From the NCBI RefSeq assembly GCF_963676685.1, contig NC_092352.1:14384001-14448000 (forward strand): DNA of 64,000 bases, given 5' to 3'. A program made the position numbers and the translations under genes. A model generated the notes under the pieces. The model was not told the DNA's origin. It was given only the letters and a program-made list of their open reading frames with translations, and ran no database searches. This document shows, piece after piece, positions 24,636-40,483 of the stretch (positions are counted from its first letter, which is position 1; each line of letters starts with the position of its first letter). The DNA comes from Mytilus edulis (lineage: Eukaryota).

Positions 24636-25502
24636 CCTAATTGTCAATTTTGTATATGTATATGTAAGTCAAGATATAAGTAAAAAATCTTTCGATTTAG
24701 ACATATAAGGCATAGATTCCCATATACTAGTTGTAGATGATTAAATACATAACCGAGACACCCAAAATTACATAAACAGAAAATACACTAGAGATACACA
24801 CTCATAAAAAACAAGATACTCATAATTACTATAAGGACTGTAATATTTCATAAAAAAAAGATTTCATGCTTATGATTTGTACACCAGAAGCGCGTATCGT
24901 ATTCATATGACTCATAAGTGACGCTAGAATCAAAACAGTCGGAATGCCAAATCAAGTACGGAGTTGAAGAGCATTAAAAAAAAAGTAATAAGAATGTGTT
25001 TTAGGACACGATGCACCCGCTCAAGCTTTGCAATTTTCAGAGTAAAAAAGGAGTATAACTCAAAAGGGGTAAACGACTCATTTTCCGAACTTTGTCTGTA
25101 TGGTGTGGTTCTTGGCATTGTGTAAAAGTTTAATTAAATTTGGATCAAACAAACTTTTGTTAGAATGCGGAACCTAAACAATTAGCAATTTCCCAAGTTA
25201 TAAAGGGCATAACTCTAGAACTGTAAATGACTTACTGGCCAAATTTACACTTTGTCTGTGTGTAATGGTTCTTAATATTGTGTATGAGTTTCATAAAATT
25301 CGTTTTTAAAAATTATCTTCAAAACTTTCATACTTAGACAGAAAATATTGTAAAGGCAAACATAATAATAAATCTTGTAACATTTGGTCAGATAAGGTGA
25401 AAACAGTTCTGAATGAGCCTGGTATAATTAAGACTAAGTGTAATCTATTTTAAAACTCATATATATTGGTTCACACAAAATAAAAATAAAATGGATCACT
25501 TA

Positions 25503-25862
25503 CAGTTAAAATAATAAAGCATGCAAACCAAGAGTTTAAATGCCTTGCTTGCAAACTTTGTTTGGTTGTTTGCTTAGGCATTGTAATTAAGATTGACGCC
25601 TAATTTCAATGGGAAGGTGGAGTATAACAGTCTGTTTACTAAACACAAAGATTTTATTGGTCAATGAATATCAAAATTGTTACACTATAATATCCATTGT
25701 CCAATCAACTCTTTTTTATATAGTAAACAAACTGTTACTCCACCTCTCCATTTCATTTAGGTGTTAATCTTAATTACAATGCCTGAGCAAACAACCAAAC
25801 AGAGTTGGTAAGCAACTTGAGGCATTTAAACTCTTGGTTTGCATGCTTTATTAGTTTAACTG
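25503..25862. mobile_element. Foldback Tc1/mariner-type MITE (near-complete palindrome)
   Basis: TA|CAGTTAAA.TAATAAAGCATGCAAACCAAGAGTTTAAATGCC ... GGCATTTAAACTCTTGGTTTGCATGCTTTATTAGTTTAACTG|TA; the arms pair over ~165 bp. Confidence 0.85.
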
Positions 25863-26860
25863 TAATACTAACTAGGCGAGTATTACTGTTCATGAATACT
25901 TATATATAAGGAAAAGTTTACATGAATTGAGCAAATACTATATGAAGTATGTTCGTGAGACAAACTTTGTTCTTCAAACATAACATAGAATGAAAATAAG
26001 ACTTTGTAAATGTTATGTGTCCGTAACGCTTTTCTAGAATTTTATCTTCAACTGGAATGTCCAAACCTTAAATATTTGAAAGCCGATGATGAATAAAAAT
26101 GTAAATACATGAGGAGCTTTTATGGACCATAGGGACCTTAATCTATTAGCCCAAACCACATAAGTCAACTCTGCATGAGGATGTTGAAACATCCTAGTGG
26201 GTAAATGATTTGAAATTGGACACCGGAAAAAATAAGAAAGGTGTGTTATTAAAAAGGGGCATAAGATACCAGGGGGACATTCAAATTCATAAATCTAAAA
26301 TAAACTGACAACGCGATGGTTAAAAAAGAAAAAGACAAACAAACAAACAATAGTTAACAAAACACAAAACACCGAAAATTAATGAAGCCACACGAAACCC
26401 ACCAACAACCAGGAGTGATAGCAGGTGTTCCGGGAGGATAAGCAGATCCTATGTCATTAGTATGAGCCAGTGATATCCTCTGTGAATACAAGTATTCCGC
26501 CTTCAGCGATACAGACTTGTTGCCGAAAATCGTTGGTTTTCTACTGGCACTAGAACATGAAAAAACACATATATATAAAGTTGATGGGTTAGTAAAATGT
26601 AAAATAACAAAAATACCATCGAACTCGGAGGAAGTTTCAAAACAGAAAGTTGCTTATAAAATGCCACAATCAAAAGCTTAAACACATCAAACGAATATAA
26701 AACAAATGTCATATTCGATGCGCTTATCTTAATAAACCTTCATAAGGCAAGCTTAAATCAAATAATTTTAAATCTATAGATGATTAGATATTCGAGTAAT
26801 TACAAAATAATTGAGCTATATGACAAATAGTTATCAAAGGTACCAGGATTATAATTTAGT

Positions 26861-26904
26861 ACGCCAGACGCGCGTTTCGTCTACATAAGACTCATCAGTG
26901 ACGC
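26861..26904 (-). ncRNA. Type I hammerhead ribozyme, intact core (in retrozyme fragment 26827-26950)
   Basis: Minus strand GCGUCA CUGAUGA GUCU-UAUG-UAGAC GAAAC GCGC GUC UGGCGU. Confidence 0.9.
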
Positions 26905-27053
26905 TCATATCAAAATATTTATAAAGCCAAACAAGTACGAAGTTGAAGATCAGAAACAGAACACACAAATCAAGCTCAACTTTGAATGAGGAAGTTTTAG
27001 GATATTTATATTAGTATGTTTTGAATTTTTTAAACAGACATATAAATTACTAA

Positions 27054-27213
27054 CTTACCAAACTGTTTGAACAGTATAAGGGAAGTTCCTGGTTTATTGA
27101 ATGGTTGATTTACTTCTGTTGTTTAATTCAATGGCAGAATGTCAAGATTACCTGTACAGTTTAAACTGCTTTATACATAGTACGTACTATATATATAGAT
27201 TAGAGGAAGTGAA
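27054..27213 (-). promoter_or_regulatory. Candidate promoter/first non-coding exon of the cGLR gene
   Basis: Minus-strand donor G|GTAAGT at ~27059, kB-type GGGAAGTTCC at 27080-27089, TATATATA at ~27188-27197, ETS-type AGAGGAAGTG at ~27202. The link to the cGLR acceptor at 23140 is inferred. Confidence 0.3.
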
Positions 27214-27664
27214 TTCATGAAATACTATTATATAAGAGAATGAAAATTGGAGGACACTTGAACAAGATGTTTTGAGCTAGATGTGCACTTGCTTATCTGC
27301 TAATAAAAGTAAAATCACAAAAATACTGAACTCCGAGGAAAATTCAAAACGGAAAGTCCCTTATCAAATAGCAAAATCAAATGATAAAACACATCAAACG
27401 AATAGACAACTGTCATATTCCTGACTGAGGGGGGGGGGGGCCTCCTGACTTGCTACAGGCATTTTCATATGTAGAAAATGGTGGATTGAACCTGGTTTTA
27501 TAGCGCTAAACCTCTCACTTGTATGACAGTCGCATTAAATTCCATGATATTTACAACGATGCGTGAATAAACCAGACATAATAGGTCACATTGTCATAAT
27601 ATGGGTATACATACCAAAATGTGAACAAATAATGAAAACATATGATCAGCAAAATAAGTTCTAC

Positions 27665-28455
27665 AAATAAACTCATCATAGATACCAGGACTTAAATTTT
27701 ACAATTACGCCAGACGCGCGTCTACAAAAGACTCATCAGTAACGCTCGAATAAAAAATATAAAAAAGGCCAAATAAATTACGAAGTTGACGAGCATTGAG
27801 GACCAAATATTCCTTAAAGTTTTGCCAAATACAGCTAAGGTAATCTATTCCTGAGGTAGAAAAGCCTTAGTATTTCAAAAATTCAAAGTTTTGTCAACAG
27901 TTTATTTATTATTATGAACATATCAATGATAACTCAAATCAACACAGAAGTGCCGACTACTGGGCTGGTGATACCCTCGGGGAAATAAATCTCCACCAGC
28001 AGTGGCATCGACCAAGTGGTTGTAAATAAACTCATCAAAGATACCAGGAATAAAATTTTACACTTACGCCAGACGCGAGTTTCGTCTACAAAAGACTCGT
28101 CAGTGACGCTCGAATCAAACAAAAATTAAAAGGCCAAATAAATTACGGAGTTGAAGAGCATTGAGGACCAAATATTCCTTTAAGTTTTGCCAAATACAGC
28201 TAAGGTAATCTATTCCTGAGGTAGAAAAGCCTTAGTATTTCAAAAATTCAAAGTTTTGTTAACAGTTTATTTATTATTATGAACATATCAATGATAACTC
28301 AAATCAACACAGAAGTGCTGACTTCTGGGCTGGTGATACCCTCGGGGAAATAAATCTCCACCAGCAGTGGCATCGACCCAGTGGTTGTAAATAAACTCAT
28401 CATAGATACCAGGACTAAAATTTCACACTTACGCTAGATGCGGGTTTAGTCTAGG
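27665..28455 (-). mobile_element. Tandem retrozyme multimer (two ~360-bp units plus a partial third), second subfamily
   Basis: Units start AAACTCATCA.AGATACCAGG at about 27668, 28027 and 28394; each carries a hammerhead-derived segment. Confidence 0.85.
28066..28109 (-). ncRNA. Type I hammerhead ribozyme, intact core
   Basis: Minus strand GCGUCA CUGACGA GUCU-UUUG-UAGAC GAAAC UCGC GUC UGGCGU. The neighbouring copy at 27706-27745 has lost the GAAA. Confidence 0.85.
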
Positions 28456-28529
28456 CTAGGCTTAGGGAGGGACAAATCATAGTTTGTAAATAAAATAAAT
28501 TCGATTCAAACAAACGATTTTCTGTAACT

Positions 28530-28995
28530 GACATTATCAATTACCTTGATTGACTACACATTCGTTACGTTTTATGGCGTGTTTTCAACAAGCAATATGC
28601 ATTCTAATACCAATTGTGCTACTCTTCTTTTACCTATATGGGGCTGCTTCATACATGAATTTCTTAGGAAGAAAGAACAGAAGTTAGCAGTAGCCTTTTT
28701 CTTCACTCTCTTCTATAAAGTTGATGTTCTCTCACTTAATTTGGTGACTATATTGAACGCATCTATCCCGTCAGGCTTGAGATAAAGGATGCAACAGAGA
28801 CAGTTAAGCCTGTCTCATGCTTTGGCTAATATCTGGAAATTGAGAATGAGGGTCTGCTGAAAACAAAAGTTCATGACAATTGAGATGATATAACCTTCCC
28901 AATTGTGCACTTTCCATTTATATGCAGCAACAATGTAACAGAACCTGCATACGGAGTATACATTTTATTTGATACCGTTTACGATATTCCTGATC
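28530..28995 (+). mobile_element. Degenerate Penelope-like RT fragment
   Basis: Broken frames give TNCA.LL, FIHE.LRKK..KLA, DVLSLN, IYP..LEIKD.TET, YLEI.NEG.LKTK, FPIVHFPFICSN..EPAYGVYI. Confidence 0.7.
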
Positions 28996-29760
28996 TTCAA
29001 TTGTGGCAACCACAATCCTGAGGTCACATATGTTTTTGTGGTGGTCATATTGTTATGTCTCTAGTTTTCTATGCTGCAATTTGTTTACTGTTGTTTGTTA
29101 TTTGATCGGGTTTGATGTTTTGCATGTTAAATTTGTTAAATTTGAGGATGGGAATATGTCAAATAGCCAACAACCCGACCAAAGAGGAGACAACAGCCGA
29201 GGTTGTATATTTTTTGGTGGGTTTGAACTATACCCCTACTGGAAAATTGTCATTTTCGGTGTATCTTCGATCATAATACGACCTTGAGAGGTTAACATTG
29301 ATCAAACTGTGTTTATTTGTCATTCGTGTAAAACCTTATAGTTACAACAGTCCATCCATACTGGCTGGAAGTAAATGTGACTCGAGTGTCTTTCTGAGAA
29401 ATTAGTATTGGCAAGCTAGGTCTGCCTAAATGTACGTTTTTACAGATTTCTGACAAATGTGTGACCTAGATTTAAGACCAGATTTCTTTTGGTCCTACTT
29501 TACCTCCTGGTGTTCCTGTACCATCTATACATGTATTTAGGATAATAAATAATACCTACAGCTCATACTGGAAATGTTGGCTATCAAAAGACTCCCATCC
29601 CACCTGATTTTGGCTGCTTTTCACATGTTTCTGATTTTGAACAATAAACATGCTAATAAAGTTGACATATTTTAATATACACACGTCTGATAAGAGTTAT
29701 GAACTAGGAATTTCATGGTTCGTGTCCATGCTGTCAAGACAGTTCTGCTGGGGCAGTTTT

Positions 29761-30607
29761 AAACTAGAGGCTTCAAGGAGCCTGTGTCGCTCACCTGATA
29801 TTTGTGTTTACAATTGATACATGAAATAATGCAAGCATTATACTTTTGCTTTAGTTTCAGAGTTATAAGCCAAAAACTGCATTACTAGTATACCCTTATG
29901 TTCTATTTTAGCCATGTTTGCCATGTAGGTTGGCAGGCAGGTTCATCAGGCACATTTTTTAAACTAAATACCCCTATGATGATTGTGACCAAATTCGGTT
30001 AAATTTGTCTCAGTAGTTTCAGAGGAGAAGATTTTTGTTAAGGATTACAAAAATTTACAAAACTTGTTAAAAATTTACTTTTAAGGGCAATAACTCCTTA
30101 AGGGATCAATTGACAATTTTGATCATGTTGACTTATTTGTAGGTCTTACTTTGCTAAACTTTATTGCTGTTACAGTTTATCTCTTTCTATAATAATATTC
30201 AAGATAATAAGCAAAAACTTTAAAATTTCCTTAAAATTGCCAATTCAGGGACATCAACCCATCAACAGGTTTTCTGGTTTGTATGAAAATTTTAGAGCAG
30301 ATAGATCATGACCTGAGTAATGATTTTATCCTAGTCAGCTATCCTGTAAATGCTTTGGTTTCAGAGATATAAACAAAGATCTACATTTTACCCCTATGTT
30401 CTTTTTTAAGCCATGGTGGGCAGGTTGTCAGACACATTGTTTTTTGAAATAGATACCCTCATGATTATTGTTGGCAAGTTTGATTAATTTTGGCCCAGTA
30501 TTTATTGAGAAGATTATTGTAAAAGTTAGCAGATGACAACAACGTACGACGGACACCAAAGGTGATGAGTAAAGCTCACTTGGCCTATTAGGCCAGGTGA
30601 CCTAAAA
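29761..30607 (-). mobile_element. Helentron/HINE-like non-autonomous element
   Basis: Terminal hairpin AGGCTTCAAGGAGCCT, subterminal GCTCACCTG / CAGGTGACC inverted repeat, hairpin TGGCCTATTAGGCCA and A/T-run insertion site. Confidence 0.65.
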
Positions 30608-31444
30608 GTATGTTGGGTTATACAAGCCATCAAAGAATGGTGGTCTCCTAACAATTCTACAGGTGGGATTGTGGGAGAATGGGCTAATGCCCCCAATGCA
30701 CCATTTGCCTGTGTCAGGGGCAGACAACAAACAATAGCAGAAGGTTATTGTCAATACAGGTAGGTATTAAATATCTTGAAATTTACGAACCATTTTGTTC
30801 AAAATATTATGGATTTAAATCAATATACTGTTACTCAACCATATGCAAGATTGAGACATAATGTATAACCCATATCTATCTTCCAAGAATTTTTTTTTTG
30901 ATTATCTGTGTCACTAGGTTGCTATCTCATTGACATATACCCAAAACCTCCTTAAATGTTTATTTATTTTTCTTGACAATATTGATATCACAAATTTTAG
31001 CTATGTATATTATTCCAAATCATTCATTCTTTGTAACAGTATAAAAGATAAAATAGCAGTAAATAATCTGTTGATAAAATGTCAACTTCAAAGATAACAA
31101 AAAAATATTCAAAATGTAAAGTAAAAAAAAATATATAGAAAATTTATTTCAAATAAATAGACACCAATACACCTTATTGCTATTTGTACACCATTACTGG
31201 ACATCATAAAGGTTCCCGTAAAATGTTGACGTCACAATAGAAAAGTCTGACACCTCAAACAGAAAGTGATTGCTGTATGATGTCAATAGTTTAAGTGTCG
31301 TAGATTATCTGGTCAAGCTTTGCAGATTCCCAAATAGCTATATGGTCTGTTAAATACTTCCTTGAAGTCCCAGTAGGGTGTAACAAGAGGTGCATGTGCA
31401 ATCAATATAAGTCCTAAGCTTTTGTAAACTAAGCAAAGTCTACA

Positions 31445-35606
<4,162 letters not shown>

Positions 35607-36874
35607 TGTTTACTATCTGAGACTAGTCTTAGTTACTATGAATTATCAAAAAGTGTCAGTCTGAAAATATAGGTGTACAGTAAAAAGGCATTGCTACATC
35701 TTTAGGATCTCTATCAAAAAAATACTTTGAATCTTCTGTGAATACTTTAAATTTTGTTATTGTTTTTTTTTTATTCTCTGTGCTATTATTTCAAATCATT
35801 TCATATGTAATGGCTGTCACCACATGTTCATGTATCTGTCCAAAGTTAGCAACCTCGTAAATGGTTTTTTTTCTATAGGTGATAATTGGTGGATTTTAAT
35901 AATATGATGAATTGGATATTTATCTTTTAGGGTTAGTCTGGATTGGATGATTCTGTAAAATTGTAAAACAATGAATCAGCATAATTGTTCTCAAAACCCT
36001 ACACTTCATAGCCTTAAAGCAGCAAACCCTGTACAGTATTGTAAGCTAAACGAGGCCTTATTCATTGTGAGAAGAGGACATGGCTAACAGTGTGCCTTCT
36101 ATCCAAATTAATTCAGACATCAAATGTTAGTGTGTCTTGATAAAAGAGAAGTGGAAGAATACAAAGGAGCATTATAGTTGATGACAAACTGATAAAGCCA
36201 TGTAAAAAAAAAGAAAAACAACCAAATCCCAGAAATCAAGTGCTTGTAAGCACTGAATGGTAAAGATTGCTTTAATTTATCAGTTGGAAGAAAAATTTAA
36301 TATTGCATTGGTTGTAGATGTTTTAACAGCAATTCTAGACAAAGGAAGATAACTCCATTTTTTTTTTAAAGATGACTTTAACAATGGCATCATTTATATT
36401 CTTAGAACAGGTATAAAATTCATGCCCTTTATAGCTTGTTGTTCGGTGTGAGCCAAGGCTCCGTGTTGAAAGCCGTACATTAACCTATAATGGTTTACTT
36501 TTTTTTAAACTGTTATTTGGATAGAAAGTTGTCTCATAGGCACTCACACCACATCTTCCTATATCTACCTAACAAAAGTTATGTAATTTTCATGACAAGT
36601 GTAACATCATTTTGTGCCTTGAATATCTGAGCATATATTACATTGTTAAATTTCTGGAAATGTTCATGGACAGGATATATAAAATATTATGATCAATACA
36701 CTATAATATGTGTATCAATAAGGTTGTGATAAGTCTTGGAAGAATTGATATCAAGTCAATCCCATAAGGTTTTGATTGAATTTCATGCAATCTTTACCTT
36801 TAAAATTATGACATAGAAAAGAAAAGACTAAGCAACAGACCCACAAAAAAAACAAAAAAACTCTGGTATATTTG

Positions 36875-37042
36875 TATAGATTATCGGGTTTTCTACACAT
36901 TGATATCGTTAAATATCAGAGCGAGCCACAATGCGAACCTTTTTGGCGAGTGAGCGTAGCGAACGAGCTAAAAAGTTTCACATTGTGTCGACCGGCTGAT
37001 ATTTTACGATATCTATACGTAGAAAATCCGATTATCTGTTTA
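36875..37042. repeat. Palindromic end of an interspersed DNA element
   Basis: AGATTATCGGGTTTTCTAC...GATATCGTTAAATATCAG pairs with CTGATATTTTACGATATC...GTAGAAAATCCGATTATCT; followed by a 32-bp tandem duplication at ~37108-37173. Confidence 0.65.
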
Positions 37043-38190
37043 TCGTTCTATTAATGGTATTTTTTCCTCTCCCTAAGACAGTTTTAAGCTTGACGAAAGC
37101 AAGCTTGATAACTTCTCCTCTCGCATTGTGACGTCGCTGATAACTTCTCCTCTCACATTGTGACGTCGCTGATAATGCCTGGTCTCGTTTTGAAGTCTTG
37201 ATACGAGAATTACTGAGCGACAGAGCAGGGTGATATAGGCGTAGGGAAGGACGATAATAAGATTTATTGGGATAAAAGACAACTTCAGAATAGCAAAATA
37301 ATGAAACTTTGAGACCAAATGTCATTTCCCAAAAATGCAATTAGAGCAAATTGAGTTAATCATATTAAAATAAATAGGTAATAAAAAATTAGAAATTATG
37401 TGTTTTTGGTTTTTTGATCTTTAAATCCTGATCCATTATCTCTATTTTTCCAGATTTTCTCTTTGGAGTAGTATCAGTAATGCCCCAACCTTATAGAATA
37501 ATAGGTTATGCAATTGTGATAGTTGTGGTTTTACCATCAATATAGTTTTAGTAACAAATGTGAATTTAACTAAGTTTCTGGGCTCAAAGTTATCAGAATT
37601 TTCTCAGAATTCTTACCTGTGTTTAGTTTTATCTCATTTCATTAGTTACAAAGGTTTTAGGTTCACATTTGTTTAAAGTCTTTAAGTTTTTATTCATTTT
37701 ATACTCAACTGATTTTACCTTCAAACCAGAAGTGGGATTTAGCTTGTGCAGAAGCACAAACTTTTAGTAACCTAATTTCATTGGTATATTGATAATTATT
37801 TCAGTCAATCAGAGCATGATATGTTAAAAATTTTCAAAGTCTTTCAGGAAGATAGTTATTTCATATCCTAAAAGCTAGGTATTTTACAAAGTAAAACCTA
37901 TGAACTGTAAAGGGTTCATTCAAGTTAAAAAGGTCATACTTTTTTTACCATATAAGTCTGTATATTCCTTATATTCATTGGTACATTTTGTACATGTCTA
38001 AAGGCGACAGGTATGTTACCCAATGGAATTGTATTCAATTCTAGTTTTTGATACCATTTACTTAGATTAGTATTAGAGAGGACTGTTTCAATCCATTATG
38101 TTGGTATTCAAACTTGAGCAATTTTGTGGTCTATAAAGAGTTTTCTTTTTTTTTTGTTAGATGACTTTTTGTTAGGACGATTTTATAGAT

Positions 38191-39635
38191 GGCACTGGCT
38201 ACAGTTACATGGAAATGTAACAATAATAAAAATATTATTGTTACATTGGAGACTAATTGCCGGAATGCAAAGTTGGGTAAGGAACCGATTAATTATGAAT
38301 GTAACAATAATTATTGAGGCTACGGTTACATTGCATTATTGTTACATGAAAAACAGCAATGTACGCTAGATTTATTAAACTTAAATCTTCTATTTAGTTT
38401 TGTTGCTTAATTCATTCAGGTCTACTAAATAATACTTGTTATAATAATAAATATTATTATTCAACAAATGGTGTTTAAATAGTTTTAGGTATTAATGGAT
38501 TTGATGTTCTTAAAGATACTAGGCAATATAGGAAAGGTGTACCGACATAAGTAGTCTCTAAACACATTAGCTCCAAATGGAGCTTTCGTTAGTTCTTAAA
38601 GATACTACTTCAAATTAGTAGTGCCAAAGGCAAAAAATATAGTTCAATGGTTTGTTGTTGAAAACTCAGGCTGAGAAAACTGTTCACTTTTAAGTATTTA
38701 ACTGCACACCTACTCGTATTACTGTCATTATACTTTGAACAAAAGATGAAGAGATTCCTATTACCAATTCTGTTTGGGTGAAAAATTTAAAACTTGCATG
38801 GGATGCGTTTGAAACGAAACTGAAACAATATCAAGACACAAATTTCATACCGCTATACAACGCACTTACCAAAAATTGGTACATCAAAAAGTTTGCTGAC
38901 TGTGAACTAACACTGTGAACTTCTGTATACATGTATAAAATTGAGAATGGAAATGGGAAATGTATCAAAGCGACAACAACCCGAACATAGAGAGACAACA
39001 GCCGAAGGTCACCAATGGGTCTTCAATGTAGTGAGAAACTCCCACACCCGTCAGAGGCGTCCTTCAGCTGGTCCCTAAACAAATATGTATACGAGTTCGG
39101 TGATAATGGACGTCATACTAAACTCTGAATTATACACAAGAAACTAACATTAAAAATCATACAAGACAAACAAAGGCCATGCAAAGGCACCTGACTTGAG
39201 AAAGGCGCAAAATTGCAGCGGGGTTAAACATGTTTATGACATCTCAACCCTCCCCTATACCTCCAGCCAATGCATAAAAAACAAACGCACAACACTACGC
39301 ATAGTAAAACTCAGTTTAAGAGATGCCTAGTCCGATTTCAGAATCCATGGAGGACGTACTATAAAAAAATCAAAAATTGTATGTTATACTTGTATGTATT
39401 GTAAATATAAGATAATGTCTTCAACTTTTATTATTTAGTACATATTACTAGTCCCATCGAATATTGCTGTTTTTCATGAAACAATAACGCAATGTAACCG
39501 TAGCCTCAATAATTATTGTTACATTGGTAATTAATCGGTTCCTTATCCAACCATGCATTCCGGCATTTAGTCCCCAATGTAACAATAATATTTTTATTAT
39601 TGTTACATTTCCATGTAACTGTAGCCAGTGCTTGC
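38191..39635. mobile_element. Mutator-like (MULE) non-autonomous element
   Basis: ~175-bp TIRs (GCACTGGCTACAGTTACATGGAAATGTAACAATAAT...) and a 9-bp TSD TTTATAGAT at 38182-38190 and 39636-39644. Contains a nested repeat (38935-39340) also present reversed at 46612-46900. Confidence 0.8.
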
Positions 39636-40168
39636 TTTATAGATACTTCCAGTAGGTCAATTGTCAAATCCTGGTTTCAAAGTTAGATAAATAAAATAAA
39701 TAAGTATAACTTGTTTGATATTGTAAGCTGATTAAATTTTGTAATTTGTTATAATAAAAGTTGTGCTTTAAAATCTTTGTTTTTCAAAGCCTATACAAGC
39801 ATCTGATGATCTGAGAGATACGAACCAGGACAGGTACTTACCAGGACAGGTACTTTACTACACGGTCCAGGACTAGTCCCAATCGAACCCCACAGTATAC
39901 TGGGACCTGTTCCTGTTACACAATGATCTAATAAATGCAGAGATGTGTTTTGTGCAGTTGCTTGAGGATTTCAAGACTCAGGCTCTATACAAATTAAAAC
40001 AGGCTTTCAAGTTTTTTGAAATAGTTGTTTTTTAGCTTCATTAAAATTCCTAAGTTTATAAAGATGTCAGACGTTTGTTCTATTTTGGAAGAAAGATCCT
40101 TTATACATCAACCTATTTTAAGTATATTAAATAGTTCATATTGTTTCACTTGCTTTATGAACATGTAT

Positions 40169-40195
40169 ATAGAATAGAATAGAATAGAATAGAAT
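40169..40195. repeat. (ATAGA)n microsatellite
   Basis: Five tandem ATAGA units. Confidence 0.9.
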
Positions 40196-40483
40196 ATATA
40201 TATACCATCTAACGTCCCATAGACTGTCGTTCTATTTAATGACCTATTTGTTTATTACCGCTTAAGATCATAAACAATTGACATGCATTAATTTTGATAT
40301 GATTTCCACTCATTTAGTTTGTAGAAAAAAAACATTTTGAAATTTGGAATTTCAGATATTATTTTTAAATGTATATTTACAAGTCATAAGGCTTTTTAAG
40401 AAAAAAATAGATATTATCTTATTGTTGTAAGCGACAACTGAACATTGGTGAAAAATCCTGCTTCTAGAAAAATATAACAGACT

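Noticed and set aside
38860-38925. NT5M 5'UTR exon (minus-strand GTAAGT donor near 38870)
   Set aside because: It lies inside the MULE and cannot be distinguished from other chance donors without transcript data.
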